Virus record (IMG/VR): IMGVR_UViG_3300046048_000470
Location: 1-57,055 of that record
DNA length: 57,055 nucleotides
Source: a virus
Lineage: Duplodnaviria; Caudoviricetes
Strand: one strand, 5' to 3'
Shown here: one piece after another, positions 46,801 through 55,900 of the stretch
How positions within the stretch are numbered: position 1 is the first letter of the stretch
How the letters are laid out: each line of letters begins with the position of its first letter
Translations under genes and position numbers: made by a program
The notes under the pieces: generated by a model
Database searches by the model: none
Seen by the model: only the letters and a program-made list of their open reading frames with translations
What the model was told of the DNA's origin: nothing

Positions 46801-47502
46801 GTAGACCGTCGCGCCTTCCACGCTGTTGGTGACAGCTGGCGCGTCCGGGTAGCTGTACCCGAGGACAATCTGGCCCGATGTCCAAGTCGTTATGGCGTAA
46901 GGAGCAGCCGGATCGACCCCGCGCCAGATCTTCATTCGCCCTGACCGGCGCCAGCTCGATCCCCACGTGACCGTCATCGTCCCCGACTCAGAACCAGCCG
47001 CTTGAGCCCAGAACTTCGAGACCTGCGGCCGGTAGTCCGTCACGATCGGATTATGGAAACGTTCGTTCCATGTGAGCGAAAGGCCGGCACAGCCAGGGAC
47101 CGACGGGGCCGATGCCGCGGTCGTGAGTGTGAACACTTCGATTTCGATCAGATCGTCGGCAGCGAGCGCGAACGCTGCCCCATTCCGGTCGACGGTCGGG
47201 ACGTCGAAAGTGATCGTCGTCCCAGCTGGCGTCAACGACCCGCTGAACAGCGCTTCGCCGGACCAGACTTGCGAAACCATCAGCTCGATATCGCCGGCAG
47301 CGGCTACTCCCTCGATCTCAGGGAGGACCAGAACCGACGAATTCATTCCATCAGCGTTCGAGTCGCCACCCTGGTAGGCCGCCGTGTCGATCCCCAAAAT
47401 CGACGGCTCGGTGTAGCCCGACCCGTCGACCGAGAGCGGTTGTGACAGCTCCCCAGGGTGAGCCAGATCAGCGTCTGGGTAGACGGTCGTCGTCGTCGTC
47501 AT
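43870..47502 (-). CDS. Large minor tail protein (Dit-like position) with inserted carbohydrate-binding-like and repeated domains
   Basis: Directly after tape measure; 1210 aa, G/S/T/A-rich; two NEVQ...TALEAL...VVVTGGPL repeats. Confidence 0.75.
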   Translation of the reverse strand: MTTTTTVYPDADLAHPGELSQPLSVDGSGYTEPSILGIDTAAYQGGDSNADGMNSSVLVLPEIEGVAAAGDIELMVSQVWSGEALFSGSLTPAGTTITFDVPTVDRNGAAFALAADDLIEIEVFTLTTAASAPSVPGCAGLSLTWNERFHNPIVTDYRPQVSKFWAQAAGSESGTMTVTWGSSWRRSGRMKIWRGVDPAAPYAITTWTSGQIVLGYSYPDAPAVTNSVEGATVYMTAGGDAVSAGYTIPVAPSGWPEVLNSAKLNSGYRNPQVSAMLQDQAAGSFNPPAMTGLNFSNEYAAIDVLRPAATSEVPVVVFVAVSDETATAALATGDVALAALNEVQLLTAFSGSGSRTLTFSGQTTGSIADTASAATIQTALEALSNIAPGDVVVTGGPLQTAPIRVEFDATYALTDVAEITVSGSNTDPVNEVQSVQSTKTSGTFPLVFGGQTAADLPYNLTAAQLETALEALSTVGLNNVVVTGGPLPGSSLLVEFVGALAGADQSLMTSADGAIGITEVAAGVAGAGMVVDTVVVGSAGEDFTLESSFNIPRDNTYEPQWHVFRHLISGYTAGSAIDVRVSDHDGNHSWAAVLVVLDPSKSDTADLIEALGSEVSDGSGSNATYGSVTPVTSGAKVLAVLAKAKAGAQIIGVPSAGTAPAGYTVAAEALGDAMTMGVFSSPPVAAAAASAGSSSWTGGDQAWSTILVALKPLVGSSAGSALWSVIDDEGTTDWIDIASAAGSMFEIVEVDLDGIPADAVITGARIELAHSSSVPNQLRAALVGIDSGGGVHLAAEQQVGYTPQSGGGVTTVVSNFWTTLADGTSLNDYDRFGIALISSSRHPALSNHRIYWARVTVRYEEGGPVVSNVVGPDDPGDPITWDYSSAGGFAQTYYEVLVVQGSSQDPDAATAPADPLGPATGEIVFGSGRVPGSLVRSLSLTAAPLGRGACTVAVRAWSSITSSLLVASAWSVDNFDVSGAPATTPDQSGTEPVYGPATGAVTVAAVAPAAVSRAWLERSTDGGATWELTEGSPFVVTPSSSNDLDDVYAPAAETVSYAVAFDDGAMTETSAPDQIGTAGVDTTPVAWLFVVPSDPALSTQVEVSAISEIDPVPSVAAFEPGGGLVTSGERLGKVMTMTLRTRSKAERLAVEAVIFSGLTIRVVGILGEAWLMRLSSDRQRQLQRWRPTAAESTGLRDAFEHSFTLVEVAE

Positions 47503-47505
47503 GAG

Positions 47506-50500
47506 TCAGCTTCCTACTAGTTGGTTGCCAAGATCTCTGGCGACACGGTCAAGGGCATCGTCGACCTTCCGGCCGACTTCCTCGGCCAGTCTGCTCTCGT
47601 CCATCCCAGGGGCCGCGTTGATCTCGATCGGTATCGCCACATCAAGCCGGACATTCGCACGAGCTGTCAGCACATCAGCCGACCGGCCGACGGTCCCAGT
47701 CACCCCACCGTTGGCGAACACCCCGAGGATCTGACCGACCTGAGAGAACACATCGAGGGCGGGCCCGCGTTTCCCGAGCCCGAGCGGGATGTATGCCTCG
47801 CCCCCGGTTTCCGGTTCAGCAAAGAACCTCCCGACCGGTGCCGCTGAATAGATTTTCGCCTGGCCTGGCCGCTCGATAGTCGTTCCCGCCGGCAGATTGA
47901 ACCCGCCGTCAGCGAACGATCCCCACGGCCTGCCTTGCCCATCCCAGACACCGCCGTCAGCGTTCCGAGTCACAGACCTAGAGACCGTGGTCAACGTCAC
48001 CGTTTTCGAGCGGAACGACCCGAGCCGGTTGATCACGGAATTGATGACACCCGACGCCCTATCGATCGCTCGCAGCTCCGCCGTGTAAGTCCGAGCGTAG
48101 ATCGTCGCGAGCGCACGAGCAGCGTTAGTAGCCGCGATCGCCCGAGCCGGGTCAGCTGTGATCTGAGCGGTGTAGTCAGCAAATTTGTAGGCCGTCAGGA
48201 GCGCTATCAGGCCGATCCGTTCCGCCTTCGCGTTCGACGCGTCAGCGGTCAACTGAGCGGTGTAGTCATCCCCTGCGTAGGCGTCAGCCGCAGCGCCGGC
48301 CTGACCGACCTTCGCCAGAGCGCTGGTGATATCAGCGCCGACGGTCGGTATCGCCTCGATCTGGTCGATCTGGGTCAGCTCCGACCGGATCTCTGACGCG
48401 TCGGCATCGAACGGTGCCGCGTCGATCGAGGCGAGAGCATCGACTTGAGTAGAGTCGACCTCGTCAAGCAAGGCGAGCATCCGTGCCAGCTCAGCGTCAG
48501 CTGACGACGTATCGACCTCGGTGGTCGCCCTCGCTACCCGAGCGTCCCAACCGGTCATGAACGCGTCGAGGTTCTCTCGTGTCGGTCCGCTGTTGTCGTC
48601 CAGCTCGGTCAACGCCCTCGCTACCCGGCCATCCCAACCGCTTATGAACGCGTCGAGCGCTGCCCGCTCATCCGCGGTTTTGTCGACAAGGAGAGCATCG
48701 ACGATGATCTCCCGCTCGATCTTCTTCTGCTCCGACAAATACGCTTCGACGTCTGCTTTCGCCTCGGCAGCGTTGGTGATGATGTTCGCCAGAGTTGTTT
48801 CCGAGACGAGACCCTGCGCCGCTACCAAGTCGAGGATTTCCTGCCGGCTCAAACCAGCAGACGCGCCCAGGTCGAGGAGGGTCAGAACGTTGTTCGCCTG
48901 GATCGCCTGCAACTCATCCGCCGAAGCGCCAGCCGCGGCCTGAGCAACCGTCAGGTCGTACATCGACTGGGTCAGAGCAACGAAGTTCTCTCGGTTCCGT
49001 TCGGAGTCGAACGCCTCCGCCGCAGCGTTGTACGACACCTGAGCTTCAGTCAGCTGCTCCTGGATGAACGCCGCTGCAGCCCGAACGTCGTTCGCGGCCT
49101 CGATCGCTGACTGCAGTTCCGACGTCGCCCCGATCAGATCGTAGGTCGTTCGGATCTGTTCGAGCATCGTGTCGATCTGGCCTTGCGAAGCCGACTCGAC
49201 GTCGTACCAAGCTTCAGCCATCGGCGCTATCACAGAGAGCAGCTCGGCCGAGATCGCCGACAGAGCTTCGCCCCTGGCCTCCAAGTCTTCGCTGAACAGC
49301 GAAGTCAGATCAACCCCTTCCGTGATCGCAGCAAGGTTCTCGATCGACGCTGCCGACACACCGAGCAGATCTGCGTAGTCCGCGATCGTCGGGTTGCCTT
49401 CGAGAAGGTTGTCGATCGTTTCTTTCTGCACATCGTTCGACAGCTTCAGATTCTCGATGTATTCCGCTAGCACGGCCTGGACGTCGAGCAGTTCGGTCGT
49501 CGTGCCCTGCAGCAGAGCGTTGTAGTTGCCGGTCGCGTCCACGGCGCCTTCGACCGCCAACTTCGACACACCCAACTGATCGGCCAAGTACTCGATCCGT
49601 CCGGCGAACCTCGCGGCGTTGTCCTTGTCCAGCTCTTCGTTCAGCTGCTCGACCCGCTCCTGGGCGACCTTCAGATCCCTGTTCTCACCGCCGATCGAGG
49701 TAGCGCCAGCGACAACAGAGTTGAACCAACGCTCAACAAACCCGGAGCCTTCAGCGTCCCGGATCTCCGCGTTGAGTGACGCTATTTCGGCCTCGATCGA
49801 GCTGACCGCCTGAACCGTCGCCGCTGCCTTCTGTTCCGAGACGCCCTCGCTGAGCATCTTCACCAGCGACTCATTTGCTGCGCTCGCGTCTTTCTCGATC
49901 GAGCGTGCCGCCTGAGCTGCCAGCAGGAACGCCGCTCCGAGCGCGACCATCGCCGCCGTCACCGGATTGATGCCAGCGCCGAGCGTGGCCAACGAACCGC
50001 CGAGCCCCGTCGTCGAGCCACGAAGCACCCCGAGAGCGTTCCCGGACAGAGCAGCATTGACAGCCAGCTGACCGAGGCTGGTCGCCGTCGTCAACAGCGA
50101 CCCCCGGGCCAGCAACGCCAGAGCAGCCGCTGCAGCGATCACCGCGGGAGGTAGCAGGTTGATCGCACCGAACACGGTCTCGGTCACCGCCGACAATGCA
50201 GAAAGCACGATCACCAGCGCGTCGACTGCCCCACCAGCGCCAGCGAACGCACCAACGATCTGGAGGGCGCCAACAGCGAGGTTCCCGAGGAACGTCCCTA
50301 GCTGTTTCGCCGCGGGCCCGAGGATCGTCACCAACTGAGTGATCGCGTCTCGGGCCAGGTCGATACCCGAGGCGAACAGGCCGAGCGCTGGCGAACCGAT
50401 AGTGATCGCCAGCGCCGTGAATTGGTTCTTGAGAGTCGAGAGTTTCGCTGCGACGGTCTCCAACCGCTTGTTGTACTCCTCGGCCGCCTGACCGCCGACG

Positions 50501-51519
50501 GTGTAAGCGTTGCTGGCCAGAGCCAACTGTTCCCGCACAAACCCTGAGTTGAGAGCGAGGAGCCGGAGAACTTCCGATGTGCGGAGCCCATCGATCTTTA
50601 GCTCTTTCAGCACGCCAGTGATCGACTTGCCCTGACGGATCGCCTCGCCCAAGCCTTCACCGAACAGGATCAACGCCTCAACCGGATTCGTTCGAGCGAT
50701 CTCAGCAAATTCAGCTGGGAGCAGACCAGCGGTGTCTGCCAGGGTCTGCAGCTCTTTCCCGCCGTTGATCGCAGCATCAGAGATCACTGTGATGATCTTC
50801 GACAGAGCAGAACCGCCGGCCTCGGAACGGATACCCAAGCTGGAGAACGACGACGCCAACGCCAGGATCTCGTCTTCCGCGGCGCCGGCCACGGTGAACG
50901 CCGACGCCAACCGCAGCGAGAAATCGACGATCTGGCTTTCCGTCGTCGCCGAATTGTTGCCCAGCTCGACAATGACGTCGGCGACCTTGCCGATGTTTTT
51001 CGCCCCGCCTCCCGTCACGTTCAGGAACCTGGCGAGCGACTGTGACGCCTCCTCAAACGACAGATCTGTTGTTTCTCCAAGCTGAGCGATTGTCTTCGTG
51101 AACTTGATGATGTCCGGCGCCTTGACACCCAACTGTCCGGCGTTCGCCGCGATGTCAGCGAGGTCGTTCGCCGACGTCGGCATGATCGTCGACAACCCGA
51201 GCAGCTCCGACCGGATCCTCCCCAACTGCGCTGGAGTACCGTCGACCGTCTTCTTCACACCAGCGAACGCGGACTCGAACTGGATCGCCGGACGGAGGAC
51301 CGCTCCGAGCCCGGTCGCCAACAGGCCGACACCGATACCGACACCGGCCAGAACTTTCTGCCCCGTGGTCAGCGACCCGAACGCAGTGTTCATCCGCTGC
51401 AACGACTGAGTGACCCGCTTCTCGGCCGATGTGACCGACCCAGTGAACGCACCTAAGCCGCGTTGTGCCCCCGCCGCGTCGGTTTCGAGCAGGATGCGGA
51501 GCTTCAGCTGGTCGGCCAC
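47506..51519 (-). CDS. Tape measure protein
   Basis: About 1340 aa, Ala-rich; FESAFAGVKKTVDG...AGQLG...LGNN.ATTE domain; hydrophobic centre. Confidence 0.92.
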   Translation of the reverse strand: MADQLKLRILLETDAAGAQRGLGAFTGSVTSAEKRVTQSLQRMNTAFGSLTTGQKVLAGVGIGVGLLATGLGAVLRPAIQFESAFAGVKKTVDGTPAQLGRIRSELLGLSTIMPTSANDLADIAANAGQLGVKAPDIIKFTKTIAQLGETTDLSFEEASQSLARFLNVTGGGAKNIGKVADVIVELGNNSATTESQIVDFSLRLASAFTVAGAAEDEILALASSFSSLGIRSEAGGSALSKIITVISDAAINGGKELQTLADTAGLLPAEFAEIARTNPVEALILFGEGLGEAIRQGKSITGVLKELKIDGLRTSEVLRLLALNSGFVREQLALASNAYTVGGQAAEEYNKRLETVAAKLSTLKNQFTALAITIGSPALGLFASGIDLARDAITQLVTILGPAAKQLGTFLGNLAVGALQIVGAFAGAGGAVDALVIVLSALSAVTETVFGAINLLPPAVIAAAAALALLARGSLLTTATSLGQLAVNAALSGNALGVLRGSTTGLGGSLATLGAGINPVTAAMVALGAAFLLAAQAARSIEKDASAANESLVKMLSEGVSEQKAAATVQAVSSIEAEIASLNAEIRDAEGSGFVERWFNSVVAGATSIGGENRDLKVAQERVEQLNEELDKDNAARFAGRIEYLADQLGVSKLAVEGAVDATGNYNALLQGTTTELLDVQAVLAEYIENLKLSNDVQKETIDNLLEGNPTIADYADLLGVSAASIENLAAITEGVDLTSLFSEDLEARGEALSAISAELLSVIAPMAEAWYDVESASQGQIDTMLEQIRTTYDLIGATSELQSAIEAANDVRAAAAFIQEQLTEAQVSYNAAAEAFDSERNRENFVALTQSMYDLTVAQAAAGASADELQAIQANNVLTLLDLGASAGLSRQEILDLVAAQGLVSETTLANIITNAAEAKADVEAYLSEQKKIEREIIVDALLVDKTADERAALDAFISGWDGRVARALTELDDNSGPTRENLDAFMTGWDARVARATTEVDTSSADAELARMLALLDEVDSTQVDALASIDAAPFDADASEIRSELTQIDQIEAIPTVGADITSALAKVGQAGAAADAYAGDDYTAQLTADASNAKAERIGLIALLTAYKFADYTAQITADPARAIAATNAARALATIYARTYTAELRAIDRASGVINSVINRLGSFRSKTVTLTTVSRSVTRNADGGVWDGQGRPWGSFADGGFNLPAGTTIERPGQAKIYSAAPVGRFFAEPETGGEAYIPLGLGKRGPALDVFSQVGQILGVFANGGVTGTVGRSADVLTARANVRLDVAIPIEINAAPGMDESRLAEEVGRKVDDALDRVARDLGNQLVGS

Positions 51520-51570
51520 GCCCCATAGTGCCCCCACGGCGCCCCCCCAGGGCCGTGGTGCGCACCCTAG

Positions 51571-52110
51571 TTACTGGTCGCCGTCGTCCTTCAACGGATC
51601 CCCCGGAGCGCGGTGAGCGACCCGGTACGACGCCCCAGCCTTCTGTTCCTCTTCCGACAGGTCCCGCTCCGCCCGACGACCCACGTCGCAGAACCAGCAG
51701 GTGTGGAGAACCCACTTCCACATGCCCCGTTCCAACTCCCGGTAGTTCTCGTCGAGCACTTCCTTCGGGTGGACATGGCAGTTCGGACACCGGTCGGCCT
51801 GGTCCTCAACAGCGAGGATGTCCTGCGCCAGCTCGGCCGCCAAGTCTTCTGTCGACCAACGATCCCTCACCTCGGAGAAAGGCAGGTTCGACCGTCGAGC
51901 GATCCGCATGATCAACCGGTGAGAGCCCTCCGATTCCAACGCCTGCTTGAACGCCGCGACCTCCGGCTCGATCCCCGCCCACCGGGCCAGCGTGTGAGCA
52001 GTAGCAAGCTCGAAGACCGCCATGGCCCGATCGGGCGGCCCGTAATGGTCGGAGCCGTGCATCGCCGCGTGTTCGGCAGCAGTCGGCGGCCGCGTGCCGC
52101 CTGGCTTCAT
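51571..52110 (-). CDS. Tail assembly chaperone, downstream part / pre-TMP protein
   Basis: Position; WSTED...CPNC...CWFC. Confidence 0.6.
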   Translation of the reverse strand: MKPGGTRPPTAAEHAAMHGSDHYGPPDRAMAVFELATAHTLARWAGIEPEVAAFKQALESEGSHRLIMRIARRSNLPFSEVRDRWSTEDLAAELAQDILAVEDQADRCPNCHVHPKEVLDENYRELERGMWKWVLHTCWFCDVGRRAERDLSEEEQKAGASYRVAHRAPGDPLKDDGDQ

Positions 52111-52832
52111 CGGATAGCGCGGCAAGCAGCGAGCGCAGAATCAAACAGCGCACCGCATTCACCCTCGGACCATGGCGGCTCGGCCTCCTGGACCACATCG
52201 CCGTCGTCGTCGAGGACCTCGGGCCGGCCGTCCCAGATCCAGCCGGCCTCTTCAGCCGTCAAGGCCGGCGCCTTCGCGCACGCCGCGACCAACGCCGGCG
52301 GGAACCGATCCGGGTCGTAAGGCAGCACCTCGAAGGGGCGGCCGTGCTTTTTCAGCATCACAGCGTGTGCCTCGATCTGTTCGGGAGAGGCAGGGAACGA
52401 CCGGATCAACCGCGAGTAAGCGACCCGACCGATGTCCTCGAAGACGAACAGGGCCGTGACCGGCGCCGCAGCTGCCTCAGCTAGATGAGCATGCCGTTGG
52501 GCCGCTTCGAGCTTCTTAGCCATCCCCTCATCAGCACCCCGCCCGAACGCCACCGAGAGATTGATCAACTGATTGATCTGCTCGACCGCTGCCCTGGCCT
52601 CGTCCCGAGCGTCCGCCAGTTCCGAATCGAGACAGATCGGCTGCGTGAACCGGGTCGGCTTCTTCAGGCCAAACACCTCAGCCGCGGTCATCTCCCGACC
52701 GTGGATCCCTTCGACCTCGGTCTTCGGGCCTTGCGCCGCCGGCAGTTCGAGCTTCGCGACCCTCTTCGGTGGAGTGACCCGCCCCGCCTTCTTCGCTGCG
52801 GGCTTCTTCGCGGGCTTCTTCGATGCAGCCAT
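52107..52832 (-). CDS. Tail assembly chaperone
   Basis: Between tail tube and TMP; F.F..IGR..Y..L...P, FPPALVAAC, WSEGE...LF. Confidence 0.7.
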   Translation of the reverse strand: MAASKKPAKKPAAKKAGRVTPPKRVAKLELPAAQGPKTEVEGIHGREMTAAEVFGLKKPTRFTQPICLDSELADARDEARAAVEQINQLINLSVAFGRGADEGMAKKLEAAQRHAHLAEAAAAPVTALFVFEDIGRVAYSRLIRSFPASPEQIEAHAVMLKKHGRPFEVLPYDPDRFPPALVAACAKAPALTAEEAGWIWDGRPEVLDDDGDVVQEAEPPWSEGECGALFDSALAACRAIR

Positions 52833-52883
52833 CTGGTTTCCCTTGCTGTCGCTGGGCCGCCCCCGACTCAGGGCGACCCAGCC

Positions 52884-52904
52884 ACGCTACCCCCCAAGGG
52901 GTGA
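52884..52904 (-). promoter_or_regulatory. Operator-like palindrome overlapping -10 TAGCGT upstream of tail chaperone
   Basis: CTACCCCCCAAGGGGTGA. Confidence 0.55.
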
Positions 52905-52913
52905 CTCCTCGAC

Positions 52914-53384
52914 CTACGCGGCCTGGACGCACTCGTAGGGCACACCGGTATTCATCGTCACGTCGAAGATGTTCGGCGCGTTGCGTGCCTTCCGCCGGTT
53001 CCGGTCAGCGACCAGAACCGGGAATAGCTGGCCCTCCTCACCGGAGCCAAGCCCGTCCTGAGCGATGAAGATGAAAGCGTCGAGATCGACGACCATCAAC
53101 GAGTAGATCGTCGAGCTGGCCGAGTCCTTGTACCACGACAAAACACCGTCGGGGTAGGTCAGCTCGCCGGACACCTGACCGGTGAGCGGACCCGCGTAGC
53201 CGGGAGTCGGGAGCGACGTCGGAGCCGCCTCGAAACCCTGGATATCGACAAGCTCCTCAGCCTGCTTGGTGCCAACCAGATTGGTGCCGGCAGCGATCTC
53301 CGCCTGAGTCGGCGCCGTCGGGGTCGACGGGAGCGTGGTCAACAGGTAGACAGCGATACGGCCGTCGAGCGTAAAGCGTGACAT
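52914..53384 (-). CDS. Major tail (tube) protein
   Basis: APTQAEIAAGTNL...GF...PTP motif of actinophage tail tube proteins. Confidence 0.8.
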   Translation of the reverse strand: MSRFTLDGRIAVYLLTTLPSTPTAPTQAEIAAGTNLVGTKQAEELVDIQGFEAAPTSLPTPGYAGPLTGQVSGELTYPDGVLSWYKDSASSTIYSLMVVDLDAFIFIAQDGLGSGEEGQLFPVLVADRNRRKARNAPNIFDVTMNTGVPYECVQAA

Positions 53385-53587
53385 CAGGCCTTACCCCCCA
53401 GCACCGGGGCCGGCTTCGGGGCGCCAGCCTTGACCGGCGTGCCCTTCGCGTCGGCGACCTCGGTCCAGCCGTTCCCGACGTACCGGTCGAGAACAACGGA
53501 GTGAACCTCCATAACCTTCTCGCCGTCGTCCCGTTTCACGAAATGCGAGCGGTGTGGCAGCTCGCGAGGATCACTGGTTTCAGTCAT
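53384..53587 (-). CDS. Small hypothetical protein
   Basis: TGATG overlap with tail tube gene; GWTEV motif. Confidence 0.55.
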   Translation of the reverse strand: MTETSDPRELPHRSHFVKRDDGEKVMEVHSVVLDRYVGNGWTEVADAKGTPVKAGAPKPAPVLGGKA

Positions 53588-53637
53588 GGCAGCATCGTCG
53601 CCCAGGCGTTCGAGGTCGAGCGCGGTGCGGACCGGTA

Positions 53638-54123
53638 TCAGCTGTCCCGGTGCACCCACACATCGACCAGCACACCAGCGTTCGAGTAGCCGCCCTCACC
53701 GAAATTCGGGACCTTCCCGGCCCGTTCCCGCTTCATGACCGAATGGCCAGGGACCGTCAACGCGTGCGTGTAATCCCGAGGATCTGAGTCGGCCCTGTCG
53801 ACAAGGATCCCGTTCGCGACAGCGGCCAGGGCCTGCGCTGCGTCGCGTTGCGGGCCGACCGTCGTCACCTGAAACCGGAGGACCATCGTCCCGTCACGCT
53901 GCCCCGCGTAGCCCTCAGCCGGGAACGCGTCAGGCGAGATCGCGTAGACGATCGCGTACGGAAACGCCTCCCCCGAGTCAGGGTCGACCTGGGACAACGG
54001 ATCAACCGATCCGGCCACGAACGGAGAACCACCGTCACCGACCAGGACACCATCGGGCAGTTCCGCACGGAGCAACGCAACCACGGCATCGGTCACCAAG
54101 GAATCGTCGACACCGCTTGTCAT
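53638..54123 (-). CDS. Tail terminator protein
   Basis: VGDG..P, PYAIVY, FQVTTVG...AQAL. Confidence 0.7.
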   Translation of the reverse strand: MTSGVDDSLVTDAVVALLRAELPDGVLVGDGGSPFVAGSVDPLSQVDPDSGEAFPYAIVYAISPDAFPAEGYAGQRDGTMVLRFQVTTVGPQRDAAQALAAVANGILVDRADSDPRDYTHALTVPGHSVMKRERAGKVPNFGEGGYSNAGVLVDVWVHRDS

Positions 54124-54536
54124 GCTGCCCCCAACACCTTCGACACCTCAGCCAGGACCTGGTCTCCGCCCAACTGCAAGATAGCCGGCGCTGACGGGCC
54201 CGCGTAGGGGAACGGAGGCTGATCGAAGACCCGCCCGAGAATGTCCGGCCCAGAAAACCCGTATTCGAGCCTCGCCGCTTGCGGAGCGTTCGACCCGATC
54301 TGGATCGACCAAACCCCACCAGACACGCCGATGACTTGACCGACGATCGACCGCCGGAAATCACCGGTGATCACCCGAGGACCAGGCCTACCGGACGCCT
54401 TGCCCTTCATGATCCCCTCACCCCCAGCAGCGGTCCGCGCCATCGCCCGACCCACCGCCTGCCCGATCCCGCCGTCGAGCCGCTCCAACGCAGATATCAG
54501 CTGCGCAGCCCCAACAACCGACCCGAAAACGACCAT
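54120..54536 (-). CDS. HK97 gp10-like neck protein
   Basis: GP.V.TG..RRSI...IGSN.PQA.RLEYG...P.PY..P. Confidence 0.8.
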   Translation of the reverse strand: MVVFGSVVGAAQLISALERLDGGIGQAVGRAMARTAAGGEGIMKGKASGRPGPRVITGDFRRSIVGQVIGVSGGVWSIQIGSNAPQAARLEYGFSGPDILGRVFDQPPFPYAGPSAPAILQLGGDQVLAEVSKVLGAA

Positions 54537-54943
54537 CAGGCGCCAGCCGGCCCGGGCACAGTCGAATCGATTTCGAGCTCAAACCGCTGCAGCAGCTCGG
54601 TGCTGCCGGCCAGGACACGAACCACCCGGTACGCGCGGTCCTCAAGCGACCGGTCTCGGACCGACCTCGGGCGGACCACGCACCCGACCGTCACCCCTTC
54701 GGTACCGATCGGCAGGTCGAGATCGAACCGCTCGGTCACCAGCGTCTGCCCACCGTCAGACGCCTGCCGGTCTGCTGCCCTCGGCTCAAGGGCACACCGC
54801 CCGGCGTAGACCGTCTCGCCTGACGGGTACTCGACCGCCATCGTCGCCCGATTCAGGGTCCCCGGGGCGCTGGCCGTCGACTCGTAGATCTGGCAGGTAT
54901 CTAGCAGGTATTGGCGTGCGAGTGATTCCGAGGCGAAAGACAC
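54536..54943 (-). CDS. Head-closure (head-tail joining) protein
   Basis: DTC.I...T.YAGRC...LDLP...VG.VV; start may be the track start at 54979. Confidence 0.7.
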   Translation of the reverse strand: MSFASESLARQYLLDTCQIYESTASAPGTLNRATMAVEYPSGETVYAGRCALEPRAADRQASDGGQTLVTERFDLDLPIGTEGVTVGCVVRPRSVRDRSLEDRAYRVVRVLAGSTELLQRFELEIDSTVPGPAGA

Positions 54944-54950
54944 ACCGTCA

Positions 54951-55301
54951 TCATCGGGCAGCCGCCCGCCGCTGTTCAAGGTGCGCGGCGAGCGCTTCCC
55001 CCGCTGTCTCGCTCATCCCCTTCGACGCGAGCACCCCATCGATCTCTTCGGCGGTCAGCTCGACACCACCAGGGACAGCAACAATCGTTTCAGACGCCAC
55101 GAAATCCACGGCATCGATGTCTGCACGCAACACCAGCTCGAGGAGAGTGCCGGTACCGGTGATCTGGAAGTTCAGGGTCTCGACCGCTGCCGTGATATCC
55201 ACGCTCTCCCCGTTCATCGCCAACCGGATGAACGGCGCCGGATCGTCACCGATCGAGAGACGGACAGGAGCTGCGACGACCGGACCGGGAATTTGCTGCA
55301 T
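54951..55301 (-). CDS. Hypothetical protein heading the neck/tail operon
   Basis: Leaderless TATCGT-N6-ATG. Confidence 0.65.
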   Translation of the reverse strand: MQQIPGPVVAAPVRLSIGDDPAPFIRLAMNGESVDITAAVETLNFQITGTGTLLELVLRADIDAVDFVASETIVAVPGGVELTAEEIDGVLASKGMSETAGEALAAHLEQRRAAAR

Positions 55302-55426
55302 GACGCGACGATACCCACCACCCTGAGCAAGCCAGCAGGCTTCAGGGTCGGTGGGTATCAGTCTTTGAGTGACAGGCCAGCGCCGTTCGATGGCTACAAA
55401 GGTCGGCCGCCGGCCTGCCAGTAACC

Positions 55427-55579
55427 CTAGCTCTTCCGGCCGGTCTCCCCGTACTTCTGCTGCCGGCCGATCGACTTCGACGCGTCCACGGGCGGCCGAT
55501 CGGTAGGAGCGTCCTGCCGTCCGGTGCCGTTGATGTGTGTTTGCGACGGATCGCCGCCGTTGAAAGGTGACTTAGTCAT
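55427..55579 (-). CDS. Small hydrophilic protein (50 aa)
   Basis: RBS AAGGAG, ATGA overlap. Confidence 0.55.
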   Translation of the reverse strand: MTKSPFNGGDPSQTHINGTGRQDAPTDRPPVDASKSIGRQQKYGETGRKS

Positions 55580-55878
55580 CTCACTGTTCTCCTTGGTTGA
55601 GGTCTGTTTTTCGCGGCCGATGCGAACCCGGCCAGATCGTCGCCCGCCTGGTGCATGAACGCCCGGGCCGGCCCATGGCAGCGGACAGGCTCGGGCCGGC
55701 CCGAGCCCGCGTCGCGTCGACATTCGATAGCGGTCCACCCGTCTGGGCCGAGGGCGACGACGCCGAGCAGTTCAAGTTCGCCGTTGTGGTCGAGGCGAGC
55801 CAAGCATTCCCGAGTCCCGGCCTCGTCCATCGGCCTGTAGATCCGCATCATCGGAGCAGCTCCAACGATGATGGCCAC
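55576..55878 (-). CDS. Hypothetical protein
   Basis: C-terminal part of track ORF 55576..56001; start uncertain. Confidence 0.5.
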   Translation of the reverse strand: MAIIVGAAPMMRIYRPMDEAGTRECLARLDHNGELELLGVVALGPDGWTAIECRRDAGSGRPEPVRCHGPARAFMHQAGDDLAGFASAAKNRPQPRRTVR

Positions 55879-55900
55879 GTCACCCGGACCTCTGGGCTCT

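Noticed and set aside
52090-52160. Programmed frameshift in tail assembly chaperones
   Set aside because: No clear XXXYYYZ slippery site seen; the second ORF has its own ATGA-coupled start at 52110.
55390-55506. Plus-strand ATGGCTAC micro-ORF
   Set aside because: No RBS or properly spaced -10, and antisense to a better-supported gene.
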